A stretch of DNA of 64,000 nt from Paraphysomonas bandaiensis. Taxonomy: Eukaryota > Protista > Chrysophyceae. Below are positions 30,818 through 45,356 of this stretch, one piece after another. The position numbers and the translations under genes are program-made. Location: positions 14,207 to 78,206 of the forward strand of contig CBFFRP010000559.1 in assembly GCA_965644295.1 (NCBI GenBank), read 5' to 3'. The notes under the pieces are model-generated. The model worked only from the letters and a program-made list of their open reading frames with translations, ran no database searches and was not told the origin of the DNA. How positions within the stretch are numbered: position 1 is the first letter of the stretch; the number at the start of each line of letters is the position of its first letter.

Positions 30818-33696
30818 ATGGACTTCATTGACAGTGACAGTGACACAGAGGGTCATGAGGACTCATATATGTGTGTTGTCTATAGAGAATTGTTTAAATC
30901 TATTGTACAGTTGCGACCCTCTACGAAACAGCGATCGGAGGACGCATCACACACTGAGATAGCTCTTAATGTCCTTGTTATTGGCACCATAGAGGTGAGA
31001 GGATCGAGACACACATACACATACATACACATACATATATATGAGTGTATACGTACATATACGTGTATATATACATACATATGACTGCATAGACACACTC
31101 ACATATATATATACACATATACATACATACATGCATACATACATGCATATATAGATCTAATTTTCAGTTTAGATTTCAGATTTTTTGAATAATTTATCAC
31201 TGATAAAGTTACTGAGAGTCCAATCGATTGATTCATATGAGGATTTGATTGCATCGGATTGTATTGACAGCGACTTGTTTGATGTTGTTGTGGATACTAT
31301 TCATGCATATGACTGCAATAGTAATACATACGATGCAGAGGCCTATACGTCTGTTGTCAAGAGATTATATGCTCGTATTACACCCGGCGGCATACTTTTG
31401 ACAACTGAGCATACCAACTCGTCAAATAGTGTTCTTAATTCGGCACACCTTTGGACTTCTTCATCTACGTTGGATATGTCAAGAGATAGTTTGTTGACTG
31501 TGCCCCCAGCAAGCTCAGCGTTCATTTCAACAGATGGGTCTCCGTTGCCGTCTCCTTATGATCATATTCTGTTGGTTCATAGAAAACGCTTAGCGATATG
31601 TGTGAACACTACACAAGCGCTTTATTGGGGAAGTCAAGGGGTTTCGATGGAAAGTGACGGAGAGGCAGATACTGGTTCATTGGCGCTAGAAAGAACGTTC
31701 CTTGAAAGTATTACTGTGACACCTTACGTGAATCAGGAGCGCTTGACCGCTTTGGACAAGAAGAAAGCCGCTGAGTCACTGGTCGAGCATGGAGTTTGTA
31801 TCATTAGAAGTCATTTTTCAAAAAAGGTAATATGTGCTGTGCATAGTTAATGTATTTGTTGTGATATAAGGTAGTGTATGTATTGACGTGGTTACTTTAT
31901 TGGCTATGATTTGTATTTAACCTGCTACGATATACACTACAATTGTGTATTATGTGTGCATAGTTCATGTACCAGTTTACGTACTACGTATCGTAGTCAT
32001 GTGTGACGAAATATGGGGGTATGCATGATGATTGGGTAGTAATGACCTTGTGAGCCATAACTTGACACGATATACATGTGTAGATGGTTTTAGAGTGGGG
32101 AGAGGCAGCTCTAGTGGATTTTCAGTATGCTTATGATGAACTGAAGACTTCTAAAGGTTAGCATGTTCCATACGATTCTGTGTTACTGCGATATGTATAT
32201 TATGACTGCTGCTCCCATTTTTTGGTCACATACACCTGATTTCCGTTTCATTTCTGTAGGTATAGATCTTGACAACCCAGTAGAGGGTCAGGTATGTGAA
32301 TTTGTCACTTTTGGAGAGTGGTAGTTTTTTTGACAGAAACACTCTTGCAGATCATCAATAATTTTCATGAACTTTCAATGAGAGAAGCACGTCGTGTCGA
32401 TTTACGAAATGGCTTAGCTATAAAGCGCAAAATAAAATCACACCCAGATGCATTCCGCTCAGATGACATTAAAAGTATTCTTGATGTAGTCATGAACCCA
32501 GAAGGTCCTCATGCTGGTGGAAACTGGGGAAGGTATATCTTTGACTGCATGTAGTAACCGCGATGCCTATGTTGTTTAGTTATGCACTAATGCCGAAAGC
32601 CTCATATCAGTGTGGTTTAAGAGTCATCTCTTGTACTAGGTGGAATTTCAATGGAGGAGGTCCTAATGCTGGGCCGCCACCTCTTACTCAAGGGGAACCA
32701 GGGGCAGTGATTTCGCTACCTGGATGCATGGATCAAACTATACATGCCGATACACCACATCTATGCACGTTATATCATGTACGATACAAGTACTTCCCCA
32801 TGAAAACAGTATATATTGGCTGCATACGTTGGCTACCGTATCATTACTACTATTTCACGCTGTCGCCTTACTTCATATGAACAGTGCTACATAGTTTATA
32901 TACGCTAATACCGCCCTTTATATATATAGCTGCCACCACACTACATCAACATGTTCATGATTGCTGCTGACCCGCACCAACAATTAAGGGATGATTCAAA
33001 TGGCACAACTGGTTGTGAGTGCTGCGACCTTAGGTATGTGGATCTCGCTTTCCTTAATTATGTATTCTCTAGAACAGTCTATGCGAGTTGTTTGTATAGT
33101 TCTATTTAGTAATATGGACCGCAGGGTAGGACAAACAGCCTTTGTTATGGGATCTCATATGTTACCAGTTACTGAACGTCTCATGACTACTGGTGAAGCA
33201 GGTATGTGGTGGGTGTGTATCCTTACAACATACCCGGGAGTCAACTATATCGAAGCAAAACTTATACTTGTAACATACATGTGTAGGGCTATTTAGAGGG
33301 TATATGTCAAGTAGTGTTGTACATGTTCTATGATGTGACGTGGGATGTCTAGCACTTGAAATACGTTGTATCGTTCCATGTACATGATACCCTATACATA
33401 AAGTATCTGCAGCTGATTCGTGTCTTGTATGCTCTTCGTAACTGATATGTGCAGGAGAAAAAGAGCTAATGCTTAGACTAGTTAGACCCCACATGAAACC
33501 AGGAGATGTGCTTTTATTTGACTGTCGTGTACTTCACTTTGGCCTGTCGAATAGGAGTTCAGGTACCTGTGATAGCGCCGTACCTGCAAGTACCAATGGG
33601 ACCAGACGGCCAATCATATATGTTAATCACCACCAGACTTGGTTTAATGACCCTAAAAACTGGAATGATAACGAGAAATTATTTCCTACAAATTAA
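30818..33696 (+). CDS. Phytanoyl-CoA dioxygenase (PhyH)-like 2OG-Fe(II) oxygenase with N-terminal methyltransferase-like region
   Basis: LVEHGVCII, QTIHADTPH (HxD), GQTAFVMGSH, MKPGDVLLFDCRVLHFGLSN (distal His), RPIIYVNH. The N-terminal exons contain LNVLVIG and FDVVVD...ITPGGILLT. Confidence 0.85.
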
Positions 33697-35099
33697 AATA
33701 GTAGCATGAGTAATAAAAAGAAAGTATGAAGAAGTTAGTGTATGTATTGCACATTTTTCTACTGGAGCTTGCAATAGTTCTCTATATATGCTAACTAGAG
33801 CGTGTTTGCATTTTGCTCTTACACACAAAGGTGTTCGTCAAAATGCTCTATCGAAGGGGTTGCTAATAAGTTTTACATATTCGTGGAATAGTACTGACAT
33901 TTCTCTTATCACCAAAAATGTGAAATATAGATTAGCACAATCCGTCCAAAAATTCTCGATTGAGAACTCAGCAACTTGATAAATTAATTCAAGTGAATAC
34001 AAGATACAAGTATTAGATATATTAAAAACCAATCTGCTCCGAAATATGTACTAAGTTGGTGGTTCTCACTTGTAGCTAATCCTGTATTCTGTGTAACAAA
34101 TAATCAGACTTTCATATATTCTGTGTAACAATAGAATCCAAAATCTACAAAATTACAACCACAAAGAACCTGAGAATAGAGTCGTAGTTGTTAATGTCAA
34201 GTTATGACACAATTGGATAATTTGTTTAGATCTGAAGATTCTATATACTTGCAATTGAGTGCAGTATTATGTGAGATGCAAGGATCGAAAGATATATATG
34301 TAATTAGTACATTATATTGTGTAGTATGAAACTGAAGTAGAAGTGGGTGACTATACAGGATACGATCACTGAGTGTGTGGTTTGTACACTATAGTAGTAA
34401 GTGAATGGTGTTGAACACATCGAATACAACTTAGGTTCTTTATCATGTAATGTTTATAATTTTATCTTATCAATTGAGAATAGCAAACCTTAGCAAATAA
34501 TGTCAAGTTCTGATATAATTTACTAAGTTAACTAAACGTGTATTCACTCACTAATAATCTTAAAACTGTAATAATAATAAAACATATCATGTTATCTCTA
34601 CTACCACTCATTTCAAATTTCAAGTATGATCTTACCTCTTACATCGCCACAATCTTCTTGTATGGTATATATATTCAGTTCTCATTACTTCTCATAATAC
34701 GGTTAACTACTACTGTATTATCTAGTAACCATCATAATTTCAATACCTTAGAATTAGAGCTTTTGATTGCTCAAACAGCAACACTCAACAGTTAAACATA
34801 TGACTTGTACAAAACAATATTGGTATTGGTGACTGATGTACTGCTACAATCACACTACTTCTACAATAACAACAACAAACAACTTCACTATCAGCAATGT
34901 ACAGCGTTTCTTGAAGCCCAACTTAAATCACCAATTAATAGGATGTTATTTATTTACAAAACGTCAAGAAATAATCTGATATTATAAAAACAAACTATAT
35001 ATGCAGTAAAGATAGAGAGACTGAAATATTCGTGTTTATGGTTTAGAAAGCAATTTTTATAGTCTTGATTTTGCTTTCACCGACTTAAACTTGATCATC

Positions 35100-38000
35100 A
35101 AATACAGTTAGAGACAGCAGAGCACATGAATGGAGATTCCTTTTCATTAAATCGAATCACGTATTGGTTGAACATTGCCAAGTGGTGTTTCAGGTCTCCA
35201 GTAATAGTTGGAATATTTAACCTTAAGTATTTACAGAATCATGTCGTGCTGATAAGATATCTTCCATTGTATAGGACGGAGAAAGAACGGTAAGTGACAA
35301 AGATAATCGATAAAATTATATAGATTATGACACATCAAAGAAGAGGTCAAGCTATGAACGACACGTCATAAGAGTGGTTGTGTAAGGTCATGTATTTGAC
35401 ACTGTCTCATGTAGTTGAACAAGATTCAATAGTAGTCATGTACTACAGTATGTGCCTGTTATCAATACAGCCGTACTGAAAGAGAGATATACAGTATACC
35501 ATGCATGAAGGATTTCATACTATAACTGTGTATCTGCCTATTTCTTCCCGTGCGCACTGAGCCAGAGTTGCAGATGTAGATAAATTACTCACATCTTTTT
35601 ATCTTACGCATACTCGAGCAACCGTTGTGAGCCGTAAAACTGTCGTACAGATTATATTCCCTGCTAAGACAAAAACATACCACTGATACAAAGACAACGT
35701 CCTTATTGTTACTTAAGACTATCACTGCACGATGCTACAACGAATGTATTCCACAAACATACCATATATAGAGTTGAACAGCATTCTCACTGTATCAGGT
35801 CGTATTAACATATGGGAACATCACAAGCCAATCAAGCGCTAACATGAAGAAAATACAAGCGGTTAAATTTGACAGTTTTAACTCGATCCAGCATTGTATT
35901 TGAGCGGAACACATATTCCTGTATGATGACCTTCCAACAGGGCTATTTTTTTGTTTTCTAAAGAGAAAATTAGAACGGCACGATAAGTGCACAGCCTCCA
36001 CATCTATTTTAAAGTGCATACCACCATTGCATCACAATAAACAAAACACATGCTATACATCGCATGTACACGGCACTGAATATCTGTGAGAAGACTAATA
36101 CCAAAACCCATGATACGTAAAGCTGATGCATGGGTGCCTACCTTCAGCAGCTTTCATAATTGCATTCGTGTCCTGTAGAGATAGTGGAAGGCCTTGTAGC
36201 ATCATGACCTCAACCATACTCTCCTTGCACTATATTCGGAATACACAACTATCAAGTGGACGGTACAAAATATGGTACTACAAACCTTGAGTAAATTCAC
36301 TATACTCTCTACACTCTTCTTTGTAGTAAAAGTATAGGCCATGTCAATTACCTTCGGAAATCAATGAGATATAGACAACATGTGAAATGCATGCACTAGA
36401 TAAACGAAATACCGGAAAATATCATATGAACTGATAACAGTATGTATCCCTAGTTGTCTAATATACGTACCCTGAGCTCTTCTTTTCCGGCAATTGCTGA
36501 CAAACAGTGCTGAAACCCACGGTCTCCCATCCGATTATAGGCCAATGACACCACTTGGAGCTTATGAAGGCCAGACAAAATCTGATACGCAGGTATTAAC
36601 CATTGTGAATAAGCACGCTATAGTTGCAACTAGGTTGAAGTACAAATATCACGAAACGTGTACAACATCATACAATCTGAATATACTGCTTAACAGATTT
36701 GTTAATTACATCAGTTATATTCTTCTTCTGATTCGGCAGCACGAGTGTGATCCTATTCCAGCTCAGATCCAGCAGCCTAAACATAGAAAAGAATAAGATA
36801 ACGATAGAAATCAACATTTACACCTTAAAACCTAAATACACAAACAATGCACGCTGTCACGATTTACTTACTTGAGCTTCGTCATTTCTATTAGTTGAGA
36901 TGCTATAACCGCTGGTAAAATATACGATTAAGTGATGTATTTGATAGAACTTATCAGAAGAAATACAATAACAAATGTATCACAATTGATGAAACACAAT
37001 TTCATCAATATCAGGCAAATCGTAAAGGAATTCAACACAAGTAGATACGGTGAAGTATTATGTAGTTTGACACGGTATAGTGTACTGCATTATATATCTA
37101 AATGTAAAGTGGCAGTGCATTACGTTCATTTAATGTTATCGCGTTGTCACGGAGATCTAATTTGAGCAAGGTATCGTCCCCACCACCATCCCGAACGGCA
37201 ACTGCAATTGTACCACGTAAAGAATAGTAACACACGACAAAATAAATAACTTGCTAAATACTTACTCAATAGCTCAACCATCCCGAAATCTGATATTCCG
37301 TTTCCCCGGAGACTGAAAATATGTGAGGAAAATATAGTCCCAAGAGTATACTAGATATTACATGCATGCACATAAACGTTCAGTCTACAGCATTTGCAAA
37401 GCAAGTATAACTATAGCGCAGAATATATCAACATTTTAAAACTTAATATTTTTCGCACTGAATTAGTTTTACCATATATCCGTGATTGAACGACATTCTG
37501 TTGATAAAGCATCCGATATGACAGACACACCAGTATCCCCAATCCTACAAAGATATCAACGTGAGTACATAGAAGCACAAAGACGGAAAAGAAACAAAAT
37601 AGTAGTTTTAAATAGTGTGTCCTACTTGTTTCCTCCCAAGTCAAGCTTCCTGAGAGTTTTGAGCGGACACTTCCCTCGTAAAGTGAACTTATCGAACACA
37701 TCTTGAAGAGCAGTAGCACTCAACAACACATCCTGCAACCACCACACAAAATTTCATATCAGTGCTACAATAGAAATTTTACATATCCATCACTGTACGT
37801 ACCGTAAGTATAAGACTCTCAATCGAATTATCAGGGGTGGTGATAGGAATTTCTGATGGGCGAATCTTTCCATAGTGGCCAAGATCAACAGTCTGTCGGT
37901 TGTGAATGCCACTGGGAGAGGCTGTTCTGTAATATGGTACACGTAAGAAACTACGGTACTGGACAGCACACAGAATAGTGGAGAAGCAAACTGCAGTGCG

Positions 38001-41000
38001 AGCTACAGGGCTTTCAAGTACAAACCTGAAAATCATACATTCCTCTGCCATAGCATTCCTATCGTGACCAATAGGAGCTGCGGAAAGCCTTCTCTTGAGC
38101 TCTGATGGGCCTACAGAGTACTCCACACATACCCCACGTCCTACACCATCATACCGCTTACGATGTACTGAATATGTTCACAAATATCTATTTTTTATAA
38201 CACTGGTTTCGCCAGTCTATGACTAATAAAGCGGTACAGCACAGACGAACAAATATTTGAATAAACATGGTTTTGATATCAGATGTACCAATATAAACAA
38301 CCACATACCTTTGCTATTGGGCTGTATACTTGTCGATGATGCAATTGAGACCAAGCTTTCTGATCCATTTAAAGACGAGTACTCCTGTAAACAATTCGAG
38401 TAGAGTATACATAATTACATGACAAGCACAGAATAAGTGTACACACCGATGGAGCAGGGGCTGTCATGGAAGGAGAGGTATTCGGTCTCAAAACCTTCGC
38501 GTTGACGAGAATATCACTACTTATGGTCGGATTCAGTATATCAGTTAAGTGAACCTACATATGTTGCGCGGTGGGATAAGAGCATATCCAAAAACAAAAT
38601 ATACACTTACAGAGTGACGAACAGGCTTCGGGCTCTTCCATGGAGATGTTTCAGTTAGTGATAGCTTCCGGCTACTTAGAGGCTCGTTGCTAGTCAACGG
38701 TGACATTATACTTCTAAGCTCCTGTACCTCTTTCTTTACAGACATATTTAAACTCGTAGTACTATCGCAGTGGAGCGTATATCTCATTCTATTTCTGAGT
38801 GTAGCTTTTCGTGGAGTGATGCCAGTAGATATGTTAGATAAGGACCTTTGAATCTGCTTTGATTGAGGAAGTGTATCTACAAAGACGTCTCTCTTTTCTT
38901 CTTCATTAACATCAATATCATCGTCAACGGATACTTTGCCTAGCTCAGATGGAAGGTATCTATAAATTGGTCGTCAACTACAGTTACCACATACAGTAAA
39001 AACGGAACACAGCACAGCACAACATCAAATGAGACGGCATGTATTCTGCACTTACACCCCACTGTGCATGAAGTCTCCAAGTGTTGAGGGCCTCCTGAGA
39101 AGTTTCCTAGCATTAGAAGAGGACCTATTCAGGGTAGCCTTATCTCCAGCTGCACATATGGATTCCTCAGATCACAACAGCAATATGGTACGTCGATTTG
39201 TGGAAATCGTATATGATGATGTCATAATTAAATTCTGCGCACTCAGTACTGTGTATAAAGACGGTTTACCCAATACCAACCTTGATTATCCTGTTCCAAT
39301 GTTTGAAAACTTCCGAGTCTATCTTCAGGAAATTCATAGGCTCCAAATTCCCAGTCTGAAAAGAATTTTAGTACTTATATGGTATACAGCCCCAGCCACT
39401 TTTCCTATCTGAATATATACACGATGTTTACAGTGGTGAGGAAATATAACTGACCTCCACTTGAGCTAAACGACCCAAGGGTTTTAATCGCCGCCTTCTC
39501 TTCCGTCGGAAGTACACTCTTGGAAGAAATGGGAACTGTGTTGACTCTCCTTAACACATACAATTGATACTCCCCAATGGGCTTCGGGCGACCTGCACAA
39601 AGCATAAACCATTCCTATACACTCATATGTCCCAACGCGTCGATAGACGGCATATATATTAACACTCCACACTTGGTATCATCACACAGTGAGATACACA
39701 CTGCATACACAAGCTCATGTAATAGCGGCCTACCTACTACTCTCCCAACTTCAACTTCACTTTTCACTCTCTCTTCTACAGCTTCGTCTAAAGTTAGGCT
39801 GCCCAGAGACCCATCATCTATCATTAAAAACAAAGTAACTTTTAACTCTATAGGATGCATTTTCACAGGCTTGAAACAATCTTGTGATAAGTTCGCAGTA
39901 ACTGTACGTAGTAGGTATATGTATATTAAATAAATGGACCTGTGGGTCTCTCCTTCGGAGATATAGGTGGTTCCTCAAGTATTTTATTCGAAGAACGAAT
40001 GCTTATGCCGCCCCAAACCCAATCATCTGTCCAACCCGAGTCCGACATCAGTTTCTCCCATTCTTCTAATTTACGAATCTATACATAAATATTCACACGA
40101 TAACTGGGGTATATATATCATGGGTAAGTACACCAACACTTATGTAGTAATAATATAGATTTTGCTCTTATAGTGGGTGAAAAAAATAAACATAAATTAC
40201 GTGGAGATCAAACAAATTTTCAATGGATGACTACCTGAAGCATGGTGACCTTCGCTAGGTGTTCCAACTCAGCATTGCTTTTCGTCAACAAGGCCTTATG
40301 GTCTTGATTGGAGTACGGCATAATCCCTAACGTGCGATGAGATTAAAGTGAGTACAACCACAAAATTAAATGTTTTGGTCTAATAGGGTCAGATCAAGGA
40401 ATTGTAAGTTAGCACAATCGTCATACGTGTCATCTGATTTTATGGGTACACAACAATACCATAGGAGCATATTATCGCACAGTAACAGACCAACCACTTC
40501 TAGCAGGGTTACCTTTTTCCCGTGACTCTTTTCGAACTTTATCCCAATCTATACCCGTCGATGACATAGTCTAGAGTTGTTGAATCAGATAAATTTAAGT
40601 AGATTCGTAGGTGGTAATATTGTACATTCTATACATCACAATTCGAATCTTTTATCTCGGCAGCTGTTGAGAACCGTATGTTTGTACACGCTTAACATTT
40701 ACTAACCTTATTTCGTCTACTTGTGGCGGTACTCCTAGTACTATCACTGCTAAGAGATGCGTCTTCAGAGACTTTGTTAGGCAACCGGCCAATTTCGTAT
40801 GAGCTTAATTCCTTGTCAGCATACACATCGTAAATGTATTTAAGTGTTTTCTTGTGGCCAGTGGTTAGCTCACTCGATGATTTCTATTGGTACAAAACTT
40901 GTTACTTCAACATATCCTTCATTGAACTGTGCGAAGCGATACAGATAGATAGTACAAGATAGAAATCTAAAGACTTAGTGGAGTGATATTTGTACATCAT

Positions 41001-44000
41001 CAATACCGTAAACAGCAATTTTGTAACATGAGCTTACAGTGAAGGGCTGAGTTGTAGGTTTTAGTCCATGTCTCCTACTCTGAGCATATTTATTCATCTT
41101 AATTTTCTGCAGCACATGCTCGCACTCTCTATCCCATGCGTCCAATATCATACATACAAAGTATGGTACACAAATGGAATGATTCTTGCAGTGCTTCAAA
41201 GCTGAATCACATTGTTAAGCACATCACCATGGTTGACAATTATATGGTTGTGCGGGCAATACATATAGTTTATACACTGTATAATGTGCACATGAGAGCA
41301 TACGGAATGCGATAGTATCATTTATTGTACACATAATAATCACAAGGAATTTCAGCGTATGCAAAATATAAAAACCTGTCGGAAAATCTAACGGGGCTAA
41401 GAGCTGCTTTCCTTCCCACAACCGCTGGACCACCACCGGGAGTAAATTAACAGGAGGGTACACGTTAATATCGTATTGCGCCTCAGAGACAGTTGGTATA
41501 GGAATACCCTGTATATTGGGTTTAGTATTGCCCGCTGCAGCACTCGTGAATGTATTATTCGGTGCCGTATTTTGATTCGAACTGTGCCCTGCATTAGCAG
41601 CTGTATTTTGAGTATTATTCTGCTGTTTTGTAGGCGATTTGGCTGCCGATTTCTGGGGAGTGTCTGACCCAGATGTAGTAGCTGCTTCGACAGCTTTCGC
41701 CTGGGCCTGTATACACACTCGAAGGTCAGTTGGCAAGATGGCGCTTTGTAGTAGTATTGGGTGTCATCATATTCAGCATAAGGATACCTCATTACACTCC
41801 AGAATCGCTTCGGCCTTCATGGTCCCGTACAATGATACCAATTTACAGGGGTTATCAGAAGTGGAGACCAGCATATGCAACAAAGCACTTATGCTTGATT
41901 CATTCCACGGTATATCAACCCCTATATCACACATATTACAGCGTACAGACACAAGTATGTTACAAATTGGTGGCGAAATGTATAAAATTAGCATATGCGA
42001 CATATATGCATGGACACAATGAGTATCAACTAGTCTTTATCCAAACAAGATTATATGTAAGCTATAATCAAACATTGCAATATATTCTATACGTAGTTCT
42101 TCAATACTGACCATACTCCACACATGCCGGAATTAAGGCCCTCATTGTAAAGCGGCATTCCTCTGATTCAATGAGGCACTTCAGGATTAACACTGCTCGT
42201 TTAAGTGTGATGGTCGAAATTTTCTTGGCTGCATATGTACAGATCAGATTATAACGAACACATATAAAAACATTTACGCAATAACAGTACACACTTGAAA
42301 CACATAACCTCACCTACAAGACTTTGCTTTGCTGATGATCCAGTGAGAGTCATTTTCATATAAAACTCTTCCGGCGTGGGGTGGTGTACACCTTGACCTT
42401 CATCATCATACACTAGCTTGTTAACTTTGACACACCTGATTCGCCAAGGTTAAATCTATTCATACATATGTACAAAGGTTCACTAGACATTGTGTGCAAT
42501 ACAACGCTGTTTTTTTCAACCCAGTGCACACCACTATGCAGTAAAAAATAAGCATGATACACACACACTGTTACCTTTCATTCAAGGTCATCACCAACAA
42601 TATGGCAACAATATAGGCCGCCCCAGGCTTTGTGTATTCCTGAGCCTTTGGAAGTAACCCTAGAAGCTTTCCGAATATATACAAATGTGTATTAGTGCAA
42701 TTATAATCCGCCAGTGGATGAGAAATCACAGGAAATAGCTTCGTTTTATTAGAAGAAAATGACCTTCCACTTTCTTGAGTATGTGGCCTCTTCGGAGAGC
42801 AATTCGAGTGCCTTTGCATTCGAGATAAATTTTTCTGAGTTAATGTGGGAGATTGTCTGCACGCAGAAGCAGGAGCTGTACTCGGAGGCTTATCACACTG
42901 CACTACCGACACATCCGGCGAAGTGGGTCTGCTAACATTCCTGCTTGGTGCCATTGACGCATAACTTGCCGCGTTGTTTGTTAGCATGGGCATGTTGTCG
43001 TACTGTTGACATGGGACTATCTGACTAAAAAAGTCAACAACGGACTTAACTTTCGCCTCAACCACATTGCGAGACAGGCGATTTCGGCTAAAAATATCCT
43101 TTAGAATATCATAAATTGGCTCATAGCTATCCAAAAGGTAGTTCTTCCAGAGCTTGGTATATACATCGACAATGAAATCCAATGCTGTAGAATTAGTATA
43201 CGCTGGAATCGAAATGGGTAAATTCGGTTGTTGTGCAGACGATGGATTCATGGCATTTGTCAACTGAGTTTTGGATGTGTTCGCCTTCATACTGGTACCT
43301 CGTTTTTTATTCGAAAGAGATTTCGAAACTTTGTCCTTCCTCATTTGTTTAGTATGTCCTTGAGGTGTCAATGTCGTAAGTTCGGAGTCATCAGAAAGAC
43401 TTACCAAATCAGCTGGAGCAGCACTTTCATTAGGTCTTGGCGGAAGGCCTTAGATATTTACATTGAAATCACTTCAACTTGAAACGATGGCAACAATATA
43501 TCAAAGCACGTACCTATTGGTTTAGGCGGTCCTCTAGTCGGCACATCATTATCTTTGATACGACCATGACCATGTCTAAGGTAGAACATCAACGAAAGTG
43601 TCAACGATGCCATAGAAATAACCACATGTAACCAATGATGAAGATAAAGAATGGCTGACAACAGATGATGTATTTATACACCACGCATACTCTATTGGTC
43701 GCTTACATAAATACGGTCATCGTACTACCATCGAAGTGTACAACATTTTGTAATAGGGAAACCTATCTACTACATACCACACTCCTCGAAAGGAGACCTC
43801 ATTGGTAGTAACCGAATGATAAAGACTATGTAGAACCACATTACCTGAGCTGATGTTGTTTTTTGTGTGGCACATTCGCACTTTGCTGGATGTTGTGATG
43901 CCCAATTGAGTGGTACAGTAATGAATCCTTCGAAGTAAGAGCTTGTGACCCCGTTAAATCCTACACAGGTAAATTAGCACAGAACATCCAAACAGTGAAT

Positions 44001-44553
44001 ATGCCGCTAGAAACAATATCATAGACGTTATTCAGTGATGAAGCTAACATATTCTCGGAATTATTCCAATAAATATCTTAGAGAGACTTCAAATCTCCAT
44101 GTTGAATATGAAAATTCAGATACACAGGAAACAACCCAAGAATAAAAACAAGATACGACAAATATCTCAAGTATACATGTATAAATACCACTATACATTA
44201 GCACTGATGTATGTATGGTATGTAATACATCCCATTCTATATATAATACGGCTACATCGCTACCTTTCTAGCTCGTTTGATCGTAGTAATCATATTAGGA
44301 GCCATTGGATGAGCACATAATGGACATCCAGGATCACATCCTTTGCAAGTAATAAAGCATCCAGTGATAAGTTTCAGTATCTGTGATAGTGTTGAAACTC
44401 ACCTGGTTTAGCTTGATCAAGACATCGAATTAATAATTGTTTAATTCCAATCGATAATTGACAATGAGAACATATCAAACATCTTCCTTCACAGATTACA
44501 TGAATGGCATCATCAATACGTGAACAAAAGCTACAATTAGCATCATGTGACAT
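35100..44553 (-). CDS. Large multi-exon protein: N-terminal RING-like Cys cluster, long low-complexity middle, C-terminal RI-like leucine-rich repeats
   Basis: Starts MSHDANCSFC...VICEGRCLICSHC...GCPLCAHPM. LRR exons LRKLDLGGN, SLRGNGISDFGMVEL and LLKLDLRDNAIT lie near 37130-37730. The 3' end is approximate and the region could hold two genes. Confidence 0.6.
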
Positions 44554-44720
44554 ACATACAACACTATTGATAACTACACAGATACACAGCAACTTGATTA
44601 ACGATACAGATTCATTATATAATAATCAAATATTTTAAGAAATAGATTTATATGAAGATATTGTGTGTCATGATGATGGTAGTGTGTGTGATGGGTACTT
44701 TAAGTGGGGAGCGTATGGAT

Positions 44721-44846
44721 AGTCAGCATCTTATTTTTCGGAAATAAATTGAAGCAAATATTCTCTATAATACTACAATACAACTACAGCTGGAATACAC
44801 ATAATTGTTGTCTCAATATTAGAGGCATCTTAGAACAAAAATATAC
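44721..44846. repeat. Dispersed repeat family C, copy 1 (promoter-proximal)
   Basis: AGTCAGCATCTTATTTTTCGGAAATAAATTGAAG...CAATATTAGAGGCATCTTAGAACAAAAAT is closely similar to 61196-61321. Confidence 0.9.
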
Positions 44847-45356
44847 CAAGGCTCTCATATATATACACACCTCTTTGCAATGTAACAGATAGATAGATCC
44901 GTATACGGATAGTGATCCGTTATCGGGTTAGACTTATCTATCTCATAGGTGTTGTATATCCGGTTGACGGATCTTTATCCGCTACCGTATGATCTCATCC
45001 CAGTTTATAACTCCTATAAATTCTCAAAAATTATATAAAATATCTAAAAAACACATAAAACTCTAAAAACCTAGATATTTCAATGTAAAAATCCTTCATA
45101 TTTTCTAAGTACGATGACATTCTCGACCTCATCAGCAGCAGATTTGAAATTTTCATTAAGGGTATGTCTGTAGTGTCCCCCTGTGGCCATATACATATAC
45201 ATACATATACATGTATAAGGTATGGTAGATCCCGTACAGTCCCTCCACTGTCATGTAGTGAACCATATCTACAGGGATTTCTATACATTAGCATTCATTC
45301 TCTTAACATTCACTAGAAGATAGTATGATATATTAACCAGAGGGTTTTAATAGATC

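Noticed and set aside
14657-30831. Long MYVC/YIHT-repeat ORFs (at 14.7-15.5 kb and 29.6-30.8 kb; also 9.5-9.9 kb)
   Set aside because: Translation artefacts of (TATG)n microsatellites, which contain no stop codons in any frame.
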